From Phaeosaccion multiseriatum (lineage: Eukaryota; Protista; Ochrophyta, other classes): a stretch of DNA of 64,000 nt. The notes under the pieces are model-generated. The model saw only the letters and a list, made by a program, of their open reading frames with translations. It was not told the DNA's origin and did not search any database. A program made the position numbers and the translations under genes. Of this stretch, positions 63,482 to 64,000 are shown piece by piece (the stretch's first letter is position 1; each line of letters begins with the position of its first letter). Where the stretch lies: NCBI GenBank assembly GCA_965112735.1, contig OZ218956.1:1550001-1614000 (forward strand). Direction: 5' to 3'.

Positions 63482-64000
63482 CTGGCACGGTGCGGGACAG
63501 GGACAGACACAAGAGTATATTCAGAGAATAGGCACACACGAGGAGGGCGGGGGGTGGGGAGAAAGAAAGAGCGCAGAGGGCATGAGCTTTGGTTGGGTTT
63601 GGTGTGGAGTGGTGTAGTGGTGTGGTTCGTGTTTGCGAATGAAAAAAAGACTGGGGAGAAAGTGTGGTTGTTTCCAAGGGGCAAATCATATCTTCGAGGG
63701 GGTAAGCTCACTCAGAGTGTCGGCTCAGACTAGCAGGGGACAGGAGGTGTTGTTCCGTCGTCAGTAACAATGATGGAAGAGGAGGAAGAAGGAAGGAAGG
63801 GCGAAAAAGACACAGGCAAAAAAAAGCAAGAGCGCTGGGAAAGAAGCTAAGCTTTTCAGCGTTTATCCCTCGTCGGTGGGATGGATTCATCGCTGGTTCA
63901 ACCGAGTCAAAGGCGTTTGGGACCACGAGCTACGTGTACACAACTAACACTCATCAGGGGCATTAACTTACTTTCGGCGAAGACTGCATCGAGAAGCAAA

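Noticed and set aside
63700-64000. Further micro-exons (e.g. TCTTCGCCGAAA near 63983-63972) of the Cys-repeat gene
   Set aside because: Plausible splice signals, but the phases could not be linked reliably to exon 63481.

Overview
Eukaryotic, intron-rich and microsatellite-saturated genomic DNA. The gene style suggests a stramenopile alga (ochrophyte or eustigmatophyte-like), but that taxon is an inference only. Almost all supplied six-frame ORFs are artefacts of low-complexity repeats, so the genes were rebuilt by hand from GT/AG junctions. They are: a 5'-truncated split-RGS protein (+); a multi-PH-domain protein ending in an alpha-adaptin-like ear (-); GPI8/PIG-K (+); a BLM/Sgs1-type RecQ helicase (-); three ~6 kb tandem copies of a cell-surface receptor-like gene (-); 6-phosphofructo-2-kinase/FBPase-2 (-); CRIPT (+); and a 5'-incomplete gene with one Cys-rich repeat per exon plus a GDPM vWD-like domain (-). 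The triplicated gene encodes a 7-bladed RCC1 propeller, a Pro/Thr/Ala stalk built from 48-nt cassette exons, an SEA-like region, a TM helix and a short tail. Best candidates for something new: (1) the triplicated RCC1 receptors, whose amino-acid differences cluster in the same two loops of each blade; (2) two MITE-like elements with TCG..CGA ends, 6-bp TSDs and a shared internal hairpin-plus-heptamer design; (3) a frame- and strand-independent motif, (CAG)n-TTGGTGATAC, dispersed through unrelated genes.
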